Assembly: GCA_000388065.2 (NCBI GenBank)
Contig: KB932203.1
Origin: Fonticula alba ATCC 38817
Lineage: Eukaryota > Protista > Nucleariida
Reading direction: 5' to 3' (one strand)
Length of the DNA: 36,493 nucleotides
Each line of letters starts with the position of its first letter. Position 1 is the stretch's first letter. Positions 11,212 through 22,018 of this stretch are shown one piece after another. The notes under the pieces are model-generated. The model was given only the letters and a program-made list of their open reading frames with translations, ran no database searches and was not told the origin of the DNA. Position numbers and translations under genes: made by a program.

Positions 11212-11241
11212 AGAGTCCCCCCCCCCCCCCCCCCCCCCCCC
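11154..11241. repeat. Poly-C tract (58 C, short interruption, then more C)
   Basis: Read directly from the sequence. Confidence 0.9.
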
Positions 11242-14200
11242 TCCGCCCCTTTTCTGGGCCACCTCCCAAGTAAAGCGTGCCCACAGAGCAGGAGGGAGGC
11301 CGCGAGGCGGGGGGACGCCTGGGCGACCGCGCTGCGCCCGAAAGCCACGGAGGCCTGGAGCCCCTGCCCCTCGACCGGGGCGCCGGGCATCAAACGCCGG
11401 GGGCGGTCGGAGCATTCCTCGTACCGGAAGCGACCGGCCAGCCGCTCGGCCAGACCCCTTCCACGGCCCCCCCTCACCGCCGCCTCGAGCACGCTAGGCA
11501 ACGGCAGGAGCGCCGAGGCCCGGCAGGATCCGGGGGGATGACGCCGGTGCCGGAGTCGGCCCGCCCAGCTCCCCCAGGGGCTGGCCCCACACATGCACGG
11601 CCGTGAGGGGGAGGCGGGAGGCGGGAGGCTGCCCCACAGCCCCGGGAGTGGGGGCGAGCCTGGGACGAGGTGCCGCCAAAGTGACACCAAGGGAGGCAGG
11701 ACAAGGGCGGGCAGGATGCCCGCGCGCCTCGCGTGGCAGGACGGGCCCATGCTGGAGACCCCGCTATCGCGCAGGCAAGGGACCCGCGGACACGGCGCTG
11801 TCGAGCAGCCCGCCGGGAAATTAACACCACCGCGGCCACCGGAGGGGCTGGCCGACAAACATCGCAGCGCACGAGGAGCATGGCAGGGCGGTGTTGGTGG
11901 AGATTTCGCACACCGCACTCGCCAGACTGGGGCAGAAGGGGGTGGGGGAGGGCCGAGTGCTGCAACATTGCCCGGAAGGACGAGGCCCCGCCGCCATTGA
12001 CGGCCAGCGCCCTTGCTGGCGCGCCCCGGAGGTGCGGCCAAAAATCGAGGCACCCCGGAAATGACCCGTCGTGCGCGCCCGGCAAACGCACGCCAATATT
12101 ACCCTGGCGCCGACGCCACATCGAGGAGAGCAAGGGCGGCGGCCGCCGTGCCTCCGGGTCGACGACACCGTCGACCGGCCCCGTGGTTCTCCCGCCGCCC
12201 CCCCCATCCCCCCTGTGGACGACTCGCCGAGGCTAAATCATTGGCGGACGACCGCCATGCACACTGACGGAGGATTGCACCCGAGCCTGCGCGAACCCCA
12301 CGTGGGGGTCGCATTGCGTGCACGCCTGCCCGAGGGCAGACGGGTGGGCATATTGCATGGGCGCTCTTGCCAAGCGCCTGCCCCCGCGCCGGTCGCAGCC
12401 ACTCCACTCGAGCACCGCTGCCATGCTCCAACGCCGGCCCCGGTGGCCGAGGGCCGACGCACAGGAGCAAAGGGGGCCTGGACGTGGGAGGCCCGGCCCT
12501 GGCGCATGACGCATTGCGTCTGAGCCCCACGCTGCGAGCCCCCCGCCCCCTCGTCCGACGCTGCGCTGGCCCGGCCCTCTGCCGCCCCCCCCCCTCCCGA
12601 ACGCCACAGGCCCCTGGAGCTGTCCAGCACAGACGCCATCCGGGCCCGGGGTAACTGTCCGAGGGGCGCGGTTCGCTCATGGGGCGCAGTCGAAGGGCAA
12701 GGCGCCAGTCAAGCAGCCCGCGGCGTCTGCGCTACTCGGAAGCAGGGCGAGCAGCGCCGCCGGCCAGTCGCCCCAACGATGGCAGATGCGGGCCTCTGCG
12801 CCCGCGGCACTGTTAATAGGCCCTGTCCTTCGGCTCGAAGAGGGCCGGGGAAGGGGCCACTCCCCCGACGTTCCCCCTGCCTTTAACCCGGCCTGCCGCC
12901 CAAACTGCCCCCTCGGCCGCGTAGCCGCCGGGCTTTCGGTCGGAAGGCAGACCGGGCCCAGCATGCCCCCGGTGTCGGGTCCCCGGTGCCCGCGGTAAGT
13001 ACCGGCCACGGACATGTCGCTGCGCCAACTGGCCTCGTGCCCTTTCGTACCCTGGGGCGGGCTGCCGCTTGTCGCACCGAATCCGGAAGCCGCGCATGCA
13101 TGCCAAGGAGCCGCCACCCAGGCGGGGCATCTCCACCGCCGCCGAGACTTGGGTGTTGCGGCGAGCCTCCCCCCCCCCCTACCCCACGGCGTGTGGAGCA
13201 TTGCCATCAAGGCAGAGCATCTTTCAGACCCCTTTCCAACCCCTCCCCCGCCTCGCATCGCCGCGTGGGCGCTCAAGGGCAATACACGCTTGTACGCGCA
13301 CCCGAACACACACGCACAGCAGCCCGGCCCGGCGCCCCGGAGCCCGCCTAACGCGTCCCCACGCGACCGAGGGGGGGGGGGNNNNNNNNNNNNNNNNNNN
13401 NNNNNNNNNNNNNNNNNNNNNNNNNNNNNNNNNNNNNNNNNNNNNNNNNNNNNNNNNNNNNNNNNNNNNNNNNNNNNNNNNNNNNNNNNNNNNNNNNNNN
13501 NNNNNNNNNNNNNNNNNNNNNNNNNNNNNNNNNNNNNNNNNNNNNNNNNNNNNNNNNNNNNNNNNNNNNNNNNNNNNNNNNNNNNNNNNNNNNNNNNNNN
13601 NNNNNNNNNNNNNNNNNNNNNNNNNNNNNNNNNNNNNNNNNNNNNNNNNNNNNNNNNNNNNNNNNNNNNNNNNNNNNNNNNNNNNNNNNNNNNNNNNNNN
13701 NNNNNNNNNNNNNNNNNNNNNNNNNNNNNNNNGGGGGCGGGGACGGTCAGAGGGGCAGGGGCAGACAGGGAGGGCCTGCGTGGGATGTTGCCGTCCGTCG
13801 TGGTTATATCCATCCGATGGGCATGGGCATGGGGATGTGCACCGCGCATGAAGGAACAACGCCCGGCTCGGGAAAGGTCGACATGGACATGCGAAAATAA
13901 TAGACATGCCGCCCGCAAACGGCAGCCGGCGGCTAACACGAACCACCGCCGGGATTGTGGGGTGGCGAATGTTAATACCCGCTTGATTGTGGGTGTGATA
14001 CCACGGCGTGCATGTGATGTGTCACGGACACATGGTGCTACTCGAGTGGCACCACCGCCATCATCCGAGCGTTGGGACATGCGATGTTTCGATGCGAGCC
14101 CCGGCCTGCGCGCGCGCGTGTGTGTGTGTGCTTGCGTGCTTGTGCGTAAGTGTGTCAAAGTGTGATCTGGCCCCGGAGGACACGGGCAGGATGGCGCCGG

Positions 14201-14437
14201 GCCGATCGGGCGCGCGCCCGTGAACACCAACACCCCCCCCCCCCTTCCCCGGACATTCTCTTCTTCTTGCCCCGCCATCGCCCACTTGTGCGCCCCTCTA
14301 TAAATTGGCCGCTCCCACCAACATACACCGACATGCACTGACGCGCACGCATCCAACCAGGCACACACACACACGCACACGCACACACACGCACACGCAC
14401 ACGCATATACATTCTTTCTCCGGGCGCATACTACGCC

Positions 14438-16134
14438 ATGGCTGCTCCCTCGGCCGCTCCCCCGGCCGCTCCCCCGGCCGCTCCCCCGGCCGCTCCCCCG
14501 GCCGCTCCCTCGGCCGCTGGCGGTGGCGGCGAGGCACACGCCCCCCCTCTAGGCCTGTTGGATATCCACGCGTCGATTGGCCTCGGGGCCGGCACGCGCC
14601 TGCTCGCCACGCTGCCAGCCGGTCCTGGTGGCGGGCCGCTGCTGGACCCGGCAGCCCTCGGCCGCCTTCAAACCTTCGGGTTGACTACCTGCCATGTGCG
14701 CCATGCTCGGGCCCCTGCCCGGCGCCCTTCTTTTGCTCCTTTGGCTCCATCATCCCCCCATGGCGCCGGCCATGGTCTTGCCTCGCCACACGAACCGCAT
14801 GCGCAGCCACCCCGCTGACTGGCCTGGGCGCCTGCTCTGGAAGGATTTCCTCCTCTCCTGCGATTACCGCCTGTCGGTGGTGCTAAACGAGGACACCAGG
14901 TCCATCCGGGAGATCAAGCGCCGGGTTTCCCTCGAGATCTCGCCCCCACTGGTCCAGGCACGCCGACACCGCGTGCATCTTTCCCTCCTGCTGCCTGTCC
15001 CGCCCGTGCGCGCACGCATACATGCATCGCAGCATGCATGCGTGCATGCTCCGACGCAAGCTCTGACACTTGCCTCCCCCTTCGATCGACCCCCAGGCGT
15101 CGCGACTTCACTTGCCGGCTGACGGCCAGCCGGCCAACTCACACGGCACCTGTGACTCCTTCTTTGCCACTGGCATCCCGGCACTGGATGCCTTGCTGAA
15201 GGGCGGTCTCCCGCGGTTCTCGGTGACCGAGGTACGCCGACCGGCCTTTCATGCGGTCGCCCCTTGAAATGCCTACTGATGGTTCCCGCTGCCCGCCCAT
15301 ATCCTCTCAGGTGGTCGGCCCCTCGGGCTGCGGCAAGACACAGCTCTGCATGACCATCGCCTCGGAGTTCCTGGCGCGCACGCAAAATGCAAGCGGGCCG
15401 GATGCTCCAGGGGTCCTGTACATTGACACGGAGAATGCCTTCTCCCCGGTCCGGTACGTGCGAAGACCGGCATTTCCCTCTCTCTCTCTCTGCCTCTCTC
15501 TCTGCCTCTCCCGGCAGCCGCCATACACATTTGTTCCCCCTGCTGTGCTGCTGGCTGATGCGACCCATGGGATGGTAGCTTTTCCGAGATCGCTCGGGCA
15601 CGGTTCCCCCAAAGCGAGGGCCTGCTTGACCGTATCCGCGTGGTTGCTGTCGCCTCCACGACGGATCTTCTCCACATGTGCGTGGCATGCCCCTGTCGAT
15701 GGTTGGTCCCCCTCCCTCCCGGTGTCGCGGGTGCCTCTCCCGCCGCGCTGACCCATCCGCCGGTCCCAGTCTCATGGATCTGGAGAGCCAGATCATCGAA
15801 AATAGCATCGCCTTCGTCGTGGTGGACTCGATTGCCGCGCTGGTTCGACGCGAGTTTGCCCGTGACCAGCCACCTTCGACTGGGTCTCCGTCGGGCCCGG
15901 TCGCCGATCGCGGCACCCTCGGGTCAGGGCTGATTGCTCGAACTGAGCTTCTCAGCCGACAGGCCTCCATCATGAAGTACGGACATCCTTCCACCGTGCA
16001 CCAGACCTCCACCTAGAGCACACGCCCTCTCTAACCGGTGGCCCGATCCCACGCAGATACATCAGCTCCTACCACGGAGTGCCGGTGCGCTCCCCGCCTT
16101 TGGTCGCGCACATGCACACAAACACACACACACA

Positions 16135-16168
<34 letters not shown>

Positions 16169-16750
16169 GCGCATCTCCCTCCCCTATCCGTTTTTGCCCT
16201 CCCACCTGCGCGCACCCAGTCTGCCCACCGCTCGGGGCCCGCCGCCGTTCGCTGACCGCCGGTTCGTGGGCTCGCATAGTTCTTCGTCACCAACCAAGTG
16301 TTGGTCCGTGCCTCGAAGAGCGAGGGCACAGACGCTGGAATCGATCATCCGCGCGAGTATCTGCAAGATAAGCATGGACTTCCTGGTACGGAAGTCGCCT
16401 TACTTGCTCAAGTCCCCACCCTGTTCAAACACACGCACGCACACATACACACATACATACATACATACATGCATACATACGTGTCTCATCTGCTCACCCT
16501 CCTCCACCCCACGGTAGAGCCTCAGCTGACCGCGGCACTCGGCAACACATGGGCTCATGCCGTCAATACCCGCCTCAGTGTGGACTACTCGCTGGCCGGC
16601 CCGTCCGGGATAGCGCCCTCCGCCGGCGACCGGCCGACCGCCAGGCTGTCGGCTCCACGGCGTTGGATTGACGTCGCCAAAAGCCCGGTTGCCCCGCATG
16701 CACGCTCGACCTATGTCATCACTGATCGTGGCTTCGACATTGGCTCCTAG
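14438..16750 (+). CDS. RAD51B: DNA repair protein RAD51 paralog B, 440 aa, 9 exons
   Basis: Exons 14438-14695, 14844-14957, 15097-15231, 15311-15453, 15579-15677, 15770-15976, 16057-16084, 16280-16385 and 16518-16750, total 1323 nt in frame. Motifs: [13 protein letters not shown], Walker [19 protein letters not shown], Walker [20 protein letters not shown], and the RAD51B-typical [15 protein letters not shown]. Confidence 0.9.
14444..14517 (+). repeat. 15-nt coding tandem repeat (about 5 copies) encoding (P/S)AAPP in the RAD51B N-terminus
   Basis: Units of ccggccgctcc(c/t)c, translating to [25 protein letters not shown]. Confidence 0.9.
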
Positions 16751-17253
16751 CAATACACTGGGCACACCTCGTATGCCCCCCCCCCCCCCCCCCCGAGCGC
16801 ACCATAGCACATGAGGTGGGATGGGTGACCAAAATGTGTATAAACAAGGACTTAGGAAGGGAGAGTGTGGTGACTAGAATACAAGAGGTCGCTGCCAATG
16901 GCATGGGAAGGAGCGCGGGCGAGGAGCAGAGGGAAGATGCGCACGGCAGTCGGGGCCCTCTCTGTGGGGCCCCTCCCCCTGCTGCTGGGTGCTGCTGCGG
17001 CTGGGGGTGCCACATGTGCGCGCGCGCGCGCGCTCACACACACGTACACACACATACGCGTGTATATCTCTCCGGCCTCCCTCGCCTCCCTTTGCAAAGG
17101 GAATGTGTGCGCATTCGGGAGGGGGGGAGAGCGCGGACGAAAGCACAAGAACCCGAAGAGGGTGCGCGCGCGCACACACACATACACACACATACACACA
17201 CACACAGGCGCCCTGACCCACCGCCTTCGCAGGTGTGTCCTCCCCTCGCCCAT

Positions 17254-19022
17254 TCAGGAGGCATCGTCGCCCCCGTATGACGAGGGGAAGAGCAGCCGGC
17301 GGAGCTGGCGACGGCGACTCTGAACGCTGGGCATTTGCGCGCCCATATTGCAAGATAAGGGTGTTGTGACGGGCGTCCGAGAGGGGGAGGAGACCAGGGT
17401 GAGTACTTCGAGGAAAGGGGAGGGGGCATTTGGACATCGGGCAAAAAGGGGAAGGACGCACGCTGGCTGGGCATTGTCATCCTGACCGTCAGCCGGCATG
17501 GGGGCCTCTATGGCTGAGGAAGGAGGTGGGGTCGAGCCGGGAGGATTTTGAGACTGAGGTCACGTCGGTGGTACCAAGAGGGGGGAAGGAAATAAGAAAG
17601 AGAAGAAGGGAGAAGAAGGGAGAAGAAGGAAGAAGGAGAGAGAAGAAGGGAGAAGAAGGGAGAAGAAGAAGGGAGAGAGTCAATCGATACGAAGGGAACA
17701 CGCCGAGGAGGGAGAACACAGGGACACGACACAGGGGGGGGGGGGGGGGCCGACGTAGACGCACCTTGACAAGGGCCGGCGAGGTGGCAGCCGCCGGTGC
17801 CTCGGTCGGGGGGATTGCCCCGGCGACAGGTAGGCTGCCACCATCGACGGCTGCCCCCGGGTCAGGCCGGGGCTTGCGCCGAAGGGCCGACGGCTTGGCA
17901 GTCCCGGCGGCCGGGTCATCAGCGGGAGGGGCTGACGCCGGCACATTTCCAGACACCCGCAGGGTGGCCACGCCGAGAGTGATGTCGGAGTTGGTCGGCA
18001 GGGTGCCTGACGTGGTGGGCATCGAGCCACCGGCCGGGGCCGGGTTGCTGGCGCCATATTGCTGGAGATAAGCTGCCCCACCGGCGGCTGCCCCAGGAGC
18101 AGCGGAGGCCGACAGGTCGGCGGGGGCTCCCCCGGCGGCCGGCACCGGGGGCGACGATGGCTTCAGGCCGGTGCCCGATCCGGGCGCCAGCGGGGTCTCC
18201 TCCTCGCCATCGGCGTCCTGCGTGGGGGGAAGTGCCTTCCGGAAGTCGCCCTCCTGGGGCGCCCCTCCGGCGGGGAGGGCGGCCACGCCGCTGCCCCCCT
18301 GGGGCGGGAAGTACGTCTCCAGCATCATGTCCCCGGGCGGGGTGACGCCCCACTTCTGGCTGACCACACACCAATCGAACATGTAGTCGTAGACGAAGTT
18401 CCGGGCGTTGAAGAGGTTGCGGAAGAGGTTGCGCAGGTACACATAGTCCGGCTTGTCATTGTAGCGAAGGCCGCGCACATGGTTGAAGTACTCAAGGAAC
18501 TCATCTGGCATCGGGGAACGGGGAACGGGGAACGGGGGCGGGGGGGGGGAGAAGGAGACAGAGTAAGGAATCGGCAAGGGGAGGCAGGGGGGGATCAAGC
18601 GGCAAAAGGGAAAAAGAAACACAAAATAAATCCCTCCGGGCAGGGACGCAACGCACTGGGATAGCTCCGGCACAGCTGGGCCGGGGGGCAGTTGATCTTG
18701 ATGTGCTTGATCTTTTCATACTTCTGTGCCTTGGTTCCGTGGCGCTGGCCCTGCCACGGGAGGGAGCCCCGCAAGAAGTACATGAAGATGTAGCCGAGGG
18801 CCTCCATGTCGTCACGACGGGATTGCTCTGAATGATGAGGTGGAGGAGGAGTTGGATTAGCGCAATCAGAAGGAGGGCGACGGAAAGAGAGAGAGAGAGA
18901 GAGGGAGAGGGAGAGAGGGAGAGAGGGAGAGAGGGAGGGAGAGAGGGGGAGAGAGAGGGAGAGGGAGGGAGAGAGGGGGAGAGAGGGGGAGAGAGAGGGA
19001 GAGAGAGCGGGAGCGCGAGAGC

Positions 19023-19068
<46 letters not shown>

Positions 19069-20156
19069 GGGGGGGGGGGAGCCGGAAGGCGGGCCGCGAG
19101 AAAGGAGGTGGCCTGAGAGGGAGCGCGACTGCCCGGGAGCACGGCACCACGCACCGATACCCTTGTGAGTGTTGATGGAGGCATAGCGAGCTGTCCCGGT
19201 GAGACTCTTGCCCTCGCGATAGTAGGCATGCGTGCGAGTCTTGGGGTCACGGAAGCGCTTGGCCAGGCCGAAGTCCACCAGGTGGACGGCGTTGGCTGGC
19301 CGGCACGAGGGGTGGAGGAAGGGAAAAAAAAACGAAGGAAGACATGTGAGTAGACGAGCATGGCGGCCGGGACACCAGACCGGTGGGTGATGCATACCTG
19401 TCTGGCGCCGGCCCATCAGGAAGTTGTCGGGCTTGATGTCGCGGTGGATGAAGTCCGCGCGGTGGAGCGCCTCCACGCGGGAGATCTTTCACAGGAAGAC
19501 GACGAAACGGTCAGTGGGAGGCCCCATGTGGAGACGGGAGGCCGAGGAGGGGGGAGGGGCGGGCCGGACGTGACACGCACTAGCTGGTCCGAAAGGAGGA
19601 GGACCGTCTTCACGGAGAAGCGGCGCTTGCAAAAGTCAAACAAAGCCTCCAGGCTGGGGCCAAGTAGCTCCATCACCATGACATAATACTCGCCCTCCTT
19701 GCCGAACCAATGGACCTTGGGGATGCCGCCATTGGGGAAGGTGTCTGTGCGGGTGGGCGGCCATGTCCAGGCGCGAGGGGGCACCACACACGCAGGACAC
19801 GTGGAGATTGTGCCATCGGGGAGGGGGTGTCAAAAAAAAAAAGAAGGAGGGGACGGGGGAGGCGCGCGTGCGATGATCGGAGCAGGGGGTGGGTGGGGGG
19901 GGGGGCGAAGCCCATCCACGCGGCAGGAGACCGGCGGGATCCGCGGATGGGCATGATAGCACGCACTGCTGCCGCTGAGGAGGCGATACACGCGGGTCTC
20001 GTAGTGCAGTTGCGGATGTTCGGAACTGATGGGCTCCAGCTTAATTGCCACTTCGGAGCCGTTGGTCTGATCGATGCCGAGGTACACCTCGCCGAAGGCG
20101 CCAGATCCAATGCGCCGCTTCAGCTTGAAGCGGCCCTTAGCAATGCGGAAATCCAT
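17254..20156 (-). CDS. CK1: Casein kinase 1 family protein with long Pro/Ala/Gly-rich C-terminal tail, about 552 aa, 8 exons
   Basis: Exons 20156-19967, 19744-19581, 19485-19398, 19295-19155, 18827-18657, 18504-17765, 17553-17462 and 17326-17254, total 1659 nt in frame. The last two exons are less certain. CK1 signatures: [60 protein letters not shown]. Confidence 0.92.
17600..17675. repeat. Intronic 10-nt purine repeat (AGAAGAAGGG)n in CK1 intron 6
   Basis: About 7 imperfect units, polypyrimidine on the CK1 sense strand. Confidence 0.8.
18886..19065. repeat. (GA)n / (GAGG)n microsatellite in CK1 intron 4
   Basis: Long GA-rich run. Similar (CT)n/(CA)n tracts occur in many introns and intergenic spacers, for example 2918-3003, 8741-8787, 8967-9006 and 10976-11040. 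Confidence 0.9.
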
Positions 20157-21972
20157 GGTGCGCACGGACGTCCAGGGGAGGGCGCGGGAGGAGGGAGGAC
20201 AAAGAGAGGGAGTCCTGCGGGGCGGGTGGCTGGCCGGTGCGGGGGCGAGGGGGGGGAGGGCGGAGGCAGAGGGCACGGGAGCAGGATGCGAGAGGACAGG
20301 GATCGGGGGGAGGGAGAAGGGGGAAGCGAAGGCGGAGAAGGCAGCCGCGATATTGGGGGGCTGGGGGGGGGGGGGACGCGCCAACGAAGACGCGGGGGGG
20401 GGGGGGGGGGGGAGGGGGAGGGGGGGGGGGGGGGGGGGAGGGGGAGGGGGAAATGGGGGGGGGGAAAAATCTGGGGGGGGGGGAGGGGGGAAGGCGGGGG
20501 GGGGGGGGGCTCAAAGAGAGGGGCCTTGGGAGATCTGGAGATCAGCCGGATTCTGAAATTGCTCCCCCCCCCCCCCCCGCCGGCGTCCTGTGTGGGAGGG
20601 GTCGGCCGGGGATGGGTGTCGGAGTGCGCGTGCGCGCTGCCCGACCTCCCGCTCCCCCCCCACCACCACCACCACCACCACCTGGCCGCGGTTGTCCTCG
20701 GGAGGCGCCTGCGCGGTGCGTGCCGACGGGGGCGGGGGACCCCGTCGGGCGAGATTGTCTGGGACAGGCCCCGAGGTGGAACAGCCCGCCCCCGGGCGGG
20801 TGGGGCGGATCATCACCTCTAGATGACAGACAGGGGCCAGAGCCGCCCGCCCGCCCGCCCCCCCCGGGGGGCGGGCGCCGCCGGGCCAGGTGGGCGGTTT
20901 GAGGGTTTCGGCCGGGGGGGAGCGCGGTCCGGCGGGGGCGAGCCCGCGCCCTGGCGCTCGCAGGAGGTGTCTAAAGTCCAGGCGAGGCTGGCGCAGCGCG
21001 GGTCGGCGATTGACGCCCACTGGCACATATGCGCGAGCTGGCCCGCCGGCAGGAATTGTCAACTGACGCCCCAACGCGCTCCCTCCCCCCCCCCCCCCCT
21101 CCTCCTGGGCGCCCGGGAGATCACCAACATCGCTTCCCCCGCGCCTCGACGGGGGGCCCAATGCCACCGTGGAGAGAGGAGCGAACGGCGGCGGCGGCGG
21201 CGGCGGCGGCACGACCGTACCCAAGCAGTCATGCCCCCCGGTGGCCTGGCCCGGAGGTCAGACGCTCGCGGCGGGGTCCGTTGGGCCATGTGCGAGAGAC
21301 GGCCCCGGGGGAGGCCCCGGCCGCACACCCGCCCGCCTAGACGCCGTGACATCCGGCGCGCGCAGATGCGACCGAGCGCCCGTCTCCATGCCTCTCGCGA
21401 GCAGACGCCGGGCCCGGGCCCGGGGGCCCGCCAGCGACCCACCACCAAACAAAGCCCCTCACAGATGCGGAGTGATCCGGGCCCCGGACCCTCGCCTCCT
21501 TCGGCCCCGGCTGGTGGCGGCCGGCGGCCAGCGGCCAGCGGCCAGCGGGCGAGGGGGGAGGGGGGAGGCATAGGGGCGCACATACATGCGTCCAAGCGAA
21601 TCCTGGCGTGAGAAACCGGCCCCGGGCTATCTCTCGCCCGCGCCGGTGACAACACGCGGTATACGTGAACGAGCGCGCGCCCGGGCCTTCTCCCCCGGAA
21701 AGAGACGCCAGGGCGTGTGGCAGGGCTCCACCGCCGGCGTCCGCGCGTTTCCCAGCGCCCGGCGCCCGGCGCCCGCCCGCCCCCCGGGGTGCCGGGGTGC
21801 CCGCCCCTGCCGGCATCGGCATGCCGCCCGGCAGGACGCATGCTGTTCTCAGGCCCGGCAGTCTGCAGCGGGCCGGCGGCGCACCTCCGGCGGACGCGGT
21901 CTGGATGCGGCTGGGTGCGCGTCCACACGCCCACATGCGCCCCTGGGCGGGGCCCGACAATCGGATGACTGA

Positions 21973-22018
<46 letters not shown>

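Noticed and set aside
17489-17764. Hydrophobic TM-like C-terminus in the CK1 exon-6 read-through ORF
   Set aside because: It derives from the CT-rich intron 6 that follows a consensus GTGCGT donor, so it is compositional rather than a real membrane anchor.
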